A stretch of DNA of 64,000 nucleotides from Desulfomicrobium sp. (GTDB lineage: Bacteria > Desulfobacterota > Desulfovibrionia > Desulfovibrionales > Desulfomicrobiaceae): the NCBI GenBank assembly GCA_040768745.1, contig JAXGMI010000001.1, forward strand, positions 864,001 to 928,000, written 5' to 3'. The first letter of the stretch is position 1, and each line of letters opens with the position of its first letter. Below the pieces are notes generated by a model. It was not told the origin of the DNA. It saw nothing but the letters and a program-made list of their open reading frames with translations, and made no database searches. Shown here one piece after another: positions 46,420 through 53,901 of the stretch. A program made the translations under genes and the position numbers.

Positions 46420-46806
46420 CTAACTCCGGTCAACCGTGGCGGGCCTGTCCTTGCAGGCGATCCTGCCCAGCAAGGGGCCAAGTTCCGCGCAGACCTGCGC
46501 AAGCCCCAGGGACTCAACGCAAATACCCCGCTTGGGCACGACAACGATATCGGCGTCCAGGGCGATTTCGTGCTGGTGGAGCCTGAAAAACTCACGCACT
46601 AGGCGCTTGATCCGATTCCGCTGCACGGAAGAACCGATTTTTCTGCTCACCGCCAGCCCAAGGCGCCAAGCCCCCCCGCCGTCATCCCGCTCATGCACAA
46701 AGAGAAGAAAACTCTTTGAAAAAAAACGACGGCCCCGATCGTAACAACAGCTAAACTGGGGCCGTCTCTTCAGTCGATTCGAGGGGGGATATGTTAGACG
46801 GCTAAT
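46420..46806 (-). CDS. rnpA: Ribonuclease P protein component; probable ATT start overlapping the rpmH end
   Basis: [34 protein letters not shown] and DIVVV motifs; the conserved N-terminal part lies upstream of the first GTG (46698). Confidence 0.88.
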   Translation of the reverse strand: MSRLTYPPSNRLKRRPQFSCCYDRGRRFFSKSFLLFVHERDDGGGAWRLGLAVSRKIGSSVQRNRIKRLVREFFRLHQHEIALDADIVVVPKRGICVESLGLAQVCAELGPLLGRIACKDRPATVDRS

Positions 46807-46931
46807 CTTTTTCTTCCCTTAGCTCTTCTGCGGCGCAGCACGGCCTGCCCGTTCCTGGTCCTGGAGCGGACCAGAAATCCGTGGGTTCTCTTTCTTCTGG
46901 TGTTGCTCGGCTGATATGTTCTCTTGCTCAT
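46794..46931 (-). CDS. rpmH: 50S ribosomal protein L34
   Basis: Own translation [54 protein letters not shown]; too short for the ORF track. Confidence 0.97.
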   Translation of the reverse strand: MSKRTYQPSNTRRKRTHGFLVRSRTRNGQAVLRRRRAKGRKRLAV

Positions 46932-47077
46932 TTCTCTTCTCCTTCAAAAAAAGTAAACTGGGAAGCTAACCGCAAATTCACACTGCGTCAAGATTCCACG
47001 TGCAATGCCTCGCCTGGACGTGGCCGACCTGGACAAATCCTTCGACATGCCCCACATTCCGGTCCGAGGTGACGCCC

Positions 47078-47665
47078 ATGTTCTTCCTTACCCCTGACTG
47101 GGAGATGACCCTTTTCACCTGGATCAATCAGCACTGGCGGTGCGCCCTGTTCGACCGGGTCATGCCCTTGCTGTCGGAAACAGCCTTCCTGTGGATCCTG
47201 GCCCTGGCCGCCGCAGCCCTGGTCATTTTCAGGCATCGGGTACCCGCCACGGCTGTCCTGGGCCTCTGTCTGACCATTGCCGCCTCGGACCTGACCTGCT
47301 CCGTGATCAAGGAGTCCACGGGAAGGATTCGTCCCTACCACAGCATCCCCGGAACCTGGTATGTGGATTCGGGCCAGTGGGTCCAACGCCCCGCGGATGC
47401 CCCCCCGCCCCGCAAGGAAGGCTCTTCCTATCCCTCGGCCCATGCAGCCAATGCTGCGGCCGCGACCTTTGTCCTGTTCCGGATGGTGCGAATAAAAAGC
47501 ATCTGGCTCATGCCGATTCTGATCGGCTATTCCAGAATCTACCTCGGCAAGCACTTCCCCCTTGACGTCCTGGGCGGATGGGCCATCGGCCTGGCCGTGT
47601 CCTGCGCCCTGCTGCCTCTTTATCCGGGGGTGTGGAACCGCCTTTTTTCGCGATGGATGAGGTAG
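47078..47665 (+). CDS. PAP2-family membrane phosphatase
   Basis: K.STGRIRP, SYPSAHA and SRIYLGKHFPLDV catalytic motifs. Confidence 0.9.
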   Translation: MFFLTPDWEMTLFTWINQHWRCALFDRVMPLLSETAFLWILALAAAALVIFRHRVPATAVLGLCLTIAASDLTCSVIKESTGRIRPYHSIPGTWYVDSGQWVQRPADAPPPRKEGSSYPSAHAANAAAATFVLFRMVRIKSIWLMPILIGYSRIYLGKHFPLDVLGGWAIGLAVSCALLPLYPGVWNRLFSRWMR

Positions 47666-47907
47666 AGGTTGCGGATGTAGATGATCGACCCCGTGGACTG
47701 CCCGACAATGAAGACGATGTCGCGCCGCAGGATCGCGTAGGTCAGCAGAAAAAAACTGCCCAGCAGGCTGAAATACCAGAAGCTCAGGGGAATGACGCTT
47801 TTCTTCTCCCGTTCGGATACGATCCACTGCCAGAAGAAGCGCATGAAAAAAAAGCCCTGACCCATAAATCCGATGGCCAGCAGCCACCACTGCGAAGAAG
47901 TTTCCAT
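47620..47907 (-). CDS. Lipid A biosynthesis N-terminal (LAB_N) domain membrane protein
   Basis: GFMGQGFFFMRFFWQW..SE...SVIPLSFWYFSL.G and YIRNL motifs. Confidence 0.85.
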   Translation of the reverse strand: METSSQWWLLAIGFMGQGFFFMRFFWQWIVSEREKKSVIPLSFWYFSLLGSFFLLTYAILRRDIVFIVGQSTGSIIYIRNLYLIHREKRRFHTPG

Positions 47908-48067
47908 ACTGTGTCCACGGCGCAACCGCCCGTCTTTCCGATACCTGGGGGAGAAGTCCGGCTTGGCAGTCCCAGGGCCTGCGCACAATCCCGGCTTCGG
48001 GGCAACTTCTGTTCACCAGACGTGCTGCAGTGCTCGAAATGCACGGCTTCCGCCCAGCGGATACGAC

Positions 48068-48814
48068 TCAGACAGTGCCCTTTCTGATGTTCGTTTCCCT
48101 GACACGGTAGCCGATATGGCGCTTCTGCATCCAGCGCACGGCTAGAAGATCATAGGCCGCGGACCAGGCCCTGTCCCAGATCCCGTATTTGGACACACCC
48201 TTGCTGCGCGGCCGATGCCGCACCGGCACTTCCGCCACCAGGGCTCCTTCCAGCTTCATGAGGGTGGGCAAAAACCTGTGCATGCCCTTGAACATGGGTA
48301 TGGTCTTGACCAGATCGGTCCGCATGACCTTCAGGGAACACCCTGTGTCCCGGACTGTCTCCCGGCTGACCGTATTGCGGACCCAGTTGGCAAAACGGGA
48401 GGCGTAGCGCTTGACCACCGTGTCCTGCCTCCTGACCCTCCAACCGATGACCATGTCCACATCCTGGGTGACATAGACCTGGAGCATGGCCGGGATATCG
48501 GCCGGATCGTTCTGCAGGTCCGCGTCCATGGTGATCACCACATCCCCCTGGGCAGACGCAAAACCGGCCGCAAAGGCCGCTGACTGGCCGCAATTGCTCT
48601 CAAAGGAGAGATAACGGACCCGTCCGTCTTCTTTGGCGAGGCCGCGGATGATGTCCAGACTGCGGTCCGAGCTGCCGTCATCCACCAGCACCAGCTCCCA
48701 GGTCCAGACCTGGCCGGACATGGCCCGGACCACTTCCGTGTACAGATCGCGAAGATTTTCCTCTTCATTATACACTGGAATAATTAATGAAATTGTATCT
48801 ATATTTTTTTGCAT
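48068..48814 (-). CDS. Glycosyltransferase family 2 (polyprenol-phosphate sugar transferase, ArnC/DPM-like)
   Basis: IIPVYNEEEN, VDDGSSD, MDADLQNDP, DTGCSLK and HRFLP motifs. Confidence 0.92.
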   Translation of the reverse strand: MQKNIDTISLIIPVYNEEENLRDLYTEVVRAMSGQVWTWELVLVDDGSSDRSLDIIRGLAKEDGRVRYLSFESNCGQSAAFAAGFASAQGDVVITMDADLQNDPADIPAMLQVYVTQDVDMVIGWRVRRQDTVVKRYASRFANWVRNTVSRETVRDTGCSLKVMRTDLVKTIPMFKGMHRFLPTLMKLEGALVAEVPVRHRPRSKGVSKYGIWDRAWSAAYDLLAVRWMQKRHIGYRVRETNIRKGTV

Positions 48815-48880
48815 ACGGAAAAAACGGATATAGTATTTGACAAGGGTTGTAAACCTACATAGAAAGTCTTTCTCGAATGA

Positions 48881-48957
48881 CGCGGGGTGGAGCAGCATGG
48901 TAGCTCGTCGGGCTCATAACCCGAAGGCCGTAGGTTCAAATCCTGCCCCCGCTACCA
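48881..48957 (+). tRNA. tRNA-fMet (CAT), initiator
   Basis: Cloverleaf CGCGGGG...TCGGG-CTCATAA-CCCGA...GGTTCAAATCC...ACCA; unpaired C1 and three G-C pairs in the anticodon stem; TTGACA at 48837. Confidence 0.97.
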
Positions 48958-48967
48958 AAAAAACCAA

Positions 48968-48999
48968 GGACTTAGAGACACCTCTAGGTCCTTTTTTGA
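48968..48999 (+). terminator. Intrinsic terminator after the tRNA
   Basis: AAGGACTTAGAG-ACAC-CTCTAGGTCCTT followed by T run. Confidence 0.75.
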
Positions 49000-49005
49000 T
49001 CCCCC

Positions 49006-49179
49006 ATGGCCAAACACATCGAAATCACCATCGAACACATCCATGCCGGAAGGTTCATGTCCCAAAGCGCTTTTGAAGACTGGGAGCTGCGGGTCAAGGC
49101 CCTGGAGATCGCCTTGCGCCTGAATCCCGATCTTCTGGACGGATTCGAGGAGGGCGAAGGTCCACTCTTCATGTGTTGA
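49006..49179 (+). CDS. Possible 57-aa small protein
   Basis: MAKHIEITIEHIHAGRFMSQSAFEDWELRVKALEIALRLNPDLLDGFEEGEGPLFMC; host-like third positions but no clear RBS. Confidence 0.4.
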   Translation: MAKHIEITIEHIHAGRFMSQSAFEDWELRVKALEIALRLNPDLLDGFEEGEGPLFMC

Positions 49180-49319
49180 CCGATCGTCCACGATCCCCCT
49201 GGAGGACAGCCCCCCGGACAAGACAGCGCTGCAGGACGGGAGTTGACCCACGCGCCGGAATGTCCGTATGAACTCCCACGGCGCTGAGCGCTTCTCCCCC
49301 AGACAGGCAAGGAGGACTC

Positions 49320-49778
49320 ATGGATCCAGCATTGGCTAAACCCTTCATCAAGGCCACCAAGGATGTGCTTGCCGCCACGGCGGCCCTGGAAATCGTGGCC
49401 GGCACCCCGTACATCAAGCGGGACAGGATGGCCAGGGGCGACGTCTCGGCCGTCATCGGGGTCATCGGGGACAAGAAGGGCACCTTTTCCATCTCCTTTG
49501 ACCGGATGACAGCAGTGCACATAGTCAAGCAGATGCTCGGGGACTCCATCGAGGACATTCTGCTGGACGTTCAGGACGCTGTGGGGGAAATCACGAACAT
49601 GATTTCAGGTCAGGCCCGAGTCGGGCTGGCCGAAATGGGCGTCAGGCTCCAGGGTTCCACGCCGACGGTCATCATGGGCAACGGCCACACCATCGCCCAC
49701 ATGACCTCGACCCTGGCCATGGCCATCCCCTTTTCCTGCGCAGCGGGTTCCTTCACCCTGGAGTTCTGTTTCGACTGA
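49320..49778 (+). CDS. cheX: Chemotaxis phosphatase CheX
   Basis: PFIKAT, GDVSAVIG, DAVGEITNMISG (E-xx-N) and TPTVIMG motifs. Confidence 0.92.
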   Translation: MDPALAKPFIKATKDVLAATAALEIVAGTPYIKRDRMARGDVSAVIGVIGDKKGTFSISFDRMTAVHIVKQMLGDSIEDILLDVQDAVGEITNMISGQARVGLAEMGVRLQGSTPTVIMGNGHTIAHMTSTLAMAIPFSCAAGSFTLEFCFD

Positions 49779-49782
49779 AGCC

Positions 49783-50598
49783 ATGGACCGACCCGCAAAC
49801 ATCAACGATCAGGTGGCGCACCTGTTGCGCGGCGCCAGCACGTCCTCGCATGCCGCGTCCTCGGAGGTGGATCTCCTGGACATGCCGCTGGAAGGCGTGG
49901 CCGCCTTCTGGCTCTCCATTAAAAAAACCCTCGATTCCCGCAAAAAAAACGACGGATTCCTGACCGAGGAACTCCGGCATACCCGCGAACCGCATCTCCG
50001 CTTCCTGCTCGAACTGGCTGCATCGTCATTTTCCCCAGGGCGCTGCGAAGAACTGGCCACGGTCCGCAAGAACAACGTCCTGGCTGAACTGCATCGCAAA
50101 TACGTGCTCATGGCCATCGGCCTGCTCGGCATCGTGTCCAAGGAAAATCCCCAGAAGGTGATGATCCGATTCCTGTCCAAATTCCAGATGGCGCCCATCT
50201 TCGAAAAACAGGTTTTCGACGTGGCCCAGGTCATGCTCAAAAACCTGGACAACGCCGAACTGGACAAGGCCAAATTCCTCAACATCGACCACAAGCTCCG
50301 GATAGAGGCCTTGATCATCAATCTCGTCTTCTACTGCATGCTGGCGCGCAGGAACGGCACGGAAACCCTGCTGGGCTTTCAGGAATACATCGTTTCGCAG
50401 TACTTCAAGGATGGGCTGCAGCTGATCTGTGACGGCTTCGACTACGACTTCGTCAAATTCAGGCTCAACCTGGTCAAGAAAGAGATTCTTTCGGCCACGG
50501 AAATGAAGATGGACCTCTCCATGCAGATGATGTCGGCCATCAAATCCGACGTCCCCTTTCCGGATCTCTGCCTCATCGCCAAGGCCTTCCTGCCATGA
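49783..50598 (+). CDS. Hypothetical soluble protein with MotA cytoplasmic-domain-like segments
   Basis: 271 aa, 4 bp after cheX; ARRNG...YFKDGLQLICDG and GLLGIVSKENP resemble MotA motifs; no long hydrophobic helices. Confidence 0.7.
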   Translation: MDRPANINDQVAHLLRGASTSSHAASSEVDLLDMPLEGVAAFWLSIKKTLDSRKKNDGFLTEELRHTREPHLRFLLELAASSFSPGRCEELATVRKNNVLAELHRKYVLMAIGLLGIVSKENPQKVMIRFLSKFQMAPIFEKQVFDVAQVMLKNLDNAELDKAKFLNIDHKLRIEALIINLVFYCMLARRNGTETLLGFQEYIVSQYFKDGLQLICDGFDYDFVKFRLNLVKKEILSATEMKMDLSMQMMSAIKSDVPFPDLCLIAKAFLP

Positions 50599-50652
50599 AA
50601 AAAGGCCACCCCACCTGCGTGGGAATGGCCTTCTGCCTGAGACATCCTGCGC

Positions 50653-51018
50653 CTACTCGGTAGCTTTCTTTTTCTTTTCCGGCCCCTTGAGCTGAAGCAT
50701 CTGATTGCTCTCCTTCACTTTCGCCGGCTTGCGGTATTCCTTGTGCATGAACAGACAGTTGGTTGGGCAATTGTCCACGCAAATGCCGCAGTACACGCAG
50801 GCATACGGGTCCACTTCCCAAATCTTGGCCTCCTTGTCGACTGTGATGCACTGGGAAGGGCACTTCTTCTGGCACATGCCGCAAAGAATGCACTCTTCGA
50901 TATTGTTGTCCAGATTGCCGCGCACGTTGTCGAACACTTCCCTGACCTTAAAAGGGTAGAGCCTCGTATGCGTTTTTGTCAGGAAATTCCTGACAACTGT
51001 TGCAGTCATATCAAGCAT
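50653..51018 (-). CDS. echF: Ech hydrogenase subunit F (2x[4Fe-4S])
   Basis: CILCGMCQKKCP and CVYCGICVDNCP; operon position. Confidence 0.92.
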   Translation of the reverse strand: MLDMTATVVRNFLTKTHTRLYPFKVREVFDNVRGNLDNNIEECILCGMCQKKCPSQCITVDKEAKIWEVDPYACVYCGICVDNCPTNCLFMHKEYRKPAKVKESNQMLQLKGPEKKKKATE

Positions 51019-51029
51019 GGGAGCCCTCC

Positions 51030-52103
51030 TTAACGTTCTGTACAGCTGATACAGGGGTCAATGGACAGGGCAATGACCGGCACATCGGCCATTTCGCACC
51101 CCGGCAGCATGGCCAGCAGCGGCGGAACGTTGGCAAACGTGGGGGTACGGATGCGGACCCGGTCCAGATATTTGTCTCCTGATGCCTTGACATAATACAT
51201 CAGTTCCCCGCGAGGCTGTTCCGAACGGCAGACAATCTCGCCCGAGGGCTTGCCTTTGACCTTGACCGCAATTTCGCCGTCAGGGATCTTGGCAATGAGC
51301 TGACGGACGATGTCGATGGACTGGTAGAGTTCGCGGAAGCGGACCATGGTCCTGGCCCAGCTGTCGCCGTCCTTTTCCACGACCGGAGCAAAGTCGATAT
51401 ACTTGTAGGCGCTGTACCCGGTCATACGCATGTCCTGGGCCACACCCGAGCCGCGCAGCTGCGGGCCGGCCGCGCCCAGCTCATAGGCCTGCTGATAGGT
51501 CAGCACGCCCTTGCCCACAGTCCGCTTCTTGACGGTGTAGTCATTGGTCAGGACCGACTTGATCTTGTCCAGCTCCGTTTCCAGTTCATCGACAACCTGG
51601 ACGATCCACCGCAACTGGTCCGGACTCATGTTGCGCCGTACTCCGCCGATCTTGTTCACGGAGATGATGACTCTGTTTCCGGCCGTGGCCTCAGCCACGT
51701 CCATGACCCGTTCGCGGAGGCGCCAGACGTGCATGAACAGGCTTTCCATGCCCAAGGCGTCGGCCAGAAGCCCGAGCCACAGCATGTGAGAATGCATGCG
51801 GTGCAATTCGGACCAGATAATGCGCAGGAAGTCCGCGCGCTGTGGCACTTCGATGCCCATCATCCCTTCAACGCACATGCAGTAGGTGTGGGCGTGGATG
51901 CAGCTGCAGATGCCGCACACGCGTTCCACGATCTGGACCATCTGGTCCATGTCCCGGATGGAGGCCAGGGTTTCCAGACCGCGATGCACATATCCCAAAG
52001 TAGGCAGGGCCTCCTTGACGATTTCGTCCTCCAGGACGAGCTTCAGATGCAGCGGCTCTGGCAGAACCGGATGCTGAGGTCCAAAAGGTACAATGGTCGA
52101 CAT
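51030..52103 (-). CDS. echE: Ech [NiFe] hydrogenase large subunit
   Basis: PFGPQHP, ERVCGICS and C-terminal DPCISCTER with no cleavable extension (group 4). Confidence 0.95.
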   Translation of the reverse strand: MSTIVPFGPQHPVLPEPLHLKLVLEDEIVKEALPTLGYVHRGLETLASIRDMDQMVQIVERVCGICSCIHAHTYCMCVEGMMGIEVPQRADFLRIIWSELHRMHSHMLWLGLLADALGMESLFMHVWRLRERVMDVAEATAGNRVIISVNKIGGVRRNMSPDQLRWIVQVVDELETELDKIKSVLTNDYTVKKRTVGKGVLTYQQAYELGAAGPQLRGSGVAQDMRMTGYSAYKYIDFAPVVEKDGDSWARTMVRFRELYQSIDIVRQLIAKIPDGEIAVKVKGKPSGEIVCRSEQPRGELMYYVKASGDKYLDRVRIRTPTFANVPPLLAMLPGCEMADVPVIALSIDPCISCTER

Positions 52104-52105
52104 GG

Positions 52106-52486
52106 CTATGCTCCCTCCCCGGCGGTTTCTGACTTTCCAACAGTGACTTTGCAGAAGGGATATTTCTTGACCTCTTCCTCCAAGTAGAAATTACCGCCGA
52201 AATCAAGCACGAGCCCATCGAAGATGACCCCGAAATGGTCTCGGGTCTCGTTTTCGATGAGCAGGGCGGCAAAGTATACACCGGAAATGCTTGGCGCGAC
52301 CTCTCCCTTGGGCAGGGTCAGGCGCAGGTGCACAAGCTGTGTTTCGCGGTCAAAATGATAGAGGAGATCAAAGCTCTCACCCAAATCGACACAGCTCATC
52401 GTCACCAGGCGATACCCTTGGTTCTTCAGGGCCAGCACTTCACCCACCAGCTGATTCTTGGTCAGATTTTTTGTTTCAAATGCCAT
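52106..52486 (-). CDS. echD: Ech hydrogenase subunit D (NuoC-like)
   Basis: RLVTMSC, LLYHFD and PSISGVY.AA...ENE..D.FG motifs. Confidence 0.9.
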   Translation of the reverse strand: MAFETKNLTKNQLVGEVLALKNQGYRLVTMSCVDLGESFDLLYHFDRETQLVHLRLTLPKGEVAPSISGVYFAALLIENETRDHFGVIFDGLVLDFGGNFYLEEEVKKYPFCKVTVGKSETAGEGA

Positions 52487-52489
52487 GGC

Positions 52490-53014
52490 CTACCCCGTTA
52501 CCTGACGGTCTTCACGATTTTCATAAAACTCCCTGGCCTTTTTCAGGTCGGCGACCAAGGGTTCGGTTTCCTTTGCCGGCTGGCGCTCCTTGAGCTTTTC
52601 CAAGGCCAGCACAACGCCGTCGATGATGGCCTCGGGCTTAGCCGGACACCCAGGAACATACACATCGACCGGTATGACCTTGTCGACGCCGCCCAGGACA
52701 TTGTAGGCCTCCCGGAAAACGCCCCCCGAGGTTCCGCATGCGCCGATGGCGATAACGGCCTTGGGCTCCGGCATCTGGTCATAGATGTTCTTGAGCGCCT
52801 TGGCATTGCGGTAATTAACCGTACCCGACACAACCAGAATATCGGCATGCTTGGGATTGCCGATGTTCAAAATGCCGAACCGTTCGACATCGTAGACAGG
52901 GGTGAGGCAAGCCAGGATCTCGATATCGCATCCATTGCAGCTTCCACAATCGAAGTGGATGAGCCAGGGTGATTTCATCCTGGATTTATGCAGCAGATCT
53001 TTAAAAAAGCCCAT
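52490..53014 (-). CDS. echC: Ech hydrogenase small subunit
   Basis: CGSCNGCDIE, GACGTSGG and VPGCP motifs. Confidence 0.94.
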   Translation of the reverse strand: MGFFKDLLHKSRMKSPWLIHFDCGSCNGCDIEILACLTPVYDVERFGILNIGNPKHADILVVSGTVNYRNAKALKNIYDQMPEPKAVIAIGACGTSGGVFREAYNVLGGVDKVIPVDVYVPGCPAKPEAIIDGVVLALEKLKERQPAKETEPLVADLKKAREFYENREDRQVTG

Positions 53015-53038
53015 ATCTGAACTCCGTTCTTTTGTTGC

Positions 53039-53899
53039 TTAGAAGTTCTTGGCGTACAGAAGTGCCATGTTGAAGAAGGAGAGGCTGATGCCAACCGCCC
53101 ACACGTAGGTCAACATCCACTTCCAGGTCATTCTGGGCGTCACGTTGTCGATGACGATTTCCGCCAAGTAGGTCACGGCCAGCAGAATCACCATACCGAT
53201 GAAACTGGTGCTCCAGAAGAGGCTGCAAATCGCCAGAATCAGAACAATGTCGTACCAGTGCGCAATTTCCAGAATAGCCAGATAGGGACCGGAGTATTCG
53301 GTCAGCACGCCGCGGACCAGCTCCTGGTGCGCGTGATGGCTGGCAGAGATGTCAAACGGCGACTTGCGCAGTTTGATGGTCAAGGCAAAGGTCAACACCA
53401 GATACAACAAAGGCAGCAGCAGGAAAATGGGTCGGTCATATGCCAGGATCTCGTCAATCTTGAAGCTGCCGGTGACGAAATAGATGCCGACGAAGACAAT
53501 GACCAGCAGGGGCTCGTATGTCAGCATCTGAATGAGTTCCCGCTGCGCTCCCAGCTGGGAATAGGGCGATGGTGCGGCCATGGCTCCAGCAACCATGAAC
53601 ACGGCCCCAATGGTCATGACAAAGAAGATCATGAGCAGATCGCCCTGCATGGCGAACAGGGCCACGCACAGAATTGCGGCCACAAGATAAATGTGCACAC
53701 AGAAGATCTGCCAGTAGTTGACCACCTGGCGATCCTTGCCCAGCAGCTTGATTACGTCGTAAAAAGGCTGCAGGATCGGCGGTCCGAAACGACCCTGGAA
53801 CCAGGCCGTGAGCCTGCGATCGATGCCGGCCAAGAGACCGCCGGCAATGGGAGCCAGGATGATCGCCAGGATGACATAGACAATTGTTTTGATCTCCAT
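53039..53899 (-). CDS. echB: Ech hydrogenase membrane subunit B (NuoH-like)
   Basis: GIDRRLTA..QGRFGPPILQPFYD and KSPFD...HQELVRG..TEYSG motifs. Confidence 0.93.
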   Translation of the reverse strand: MEIKTIVYVILAIILAPIAGGLLAGIDRRLTAWFQGRFGPPILQPFYDVIKLLGKDRQVVNYWQIFCVHIYLVAAILCVALFAMQGDLLMIFFVMTIGAVFMVAGAMAAPSPYSQLGAQRELIQMLTYEPLLVIVFVGIYFVTGSFKIDEILAYDRPIFLLLPLLYLVLTFALTIKLRKSPFDISASHHAHQELVRGVLTEYSGPYLAILEIAHWYDIVLILAICSLFWSTSFIGMVILLAVTYLAEIVIDNVTPRMTWKWMLTYVWAVGISLSFFNMALLYAKNF

Positions 53900-53901
53900 A
53901 A

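Noticed and set aside
46992..47007. Additional parS (GATTCCACGTGCAATG)
   Set aside because: Too many mismatches in the outer arms.
48881..49200. Integrative element at the tRNA-fMet
   Set aside because: No integrase and no duplicated tRNA 3' end in the window.
51030..51060. Missing C-terminal maturation extension of the hydrogenase large subunit
   Set aside because: Normal for Ech-type group 4 hydrogenases.
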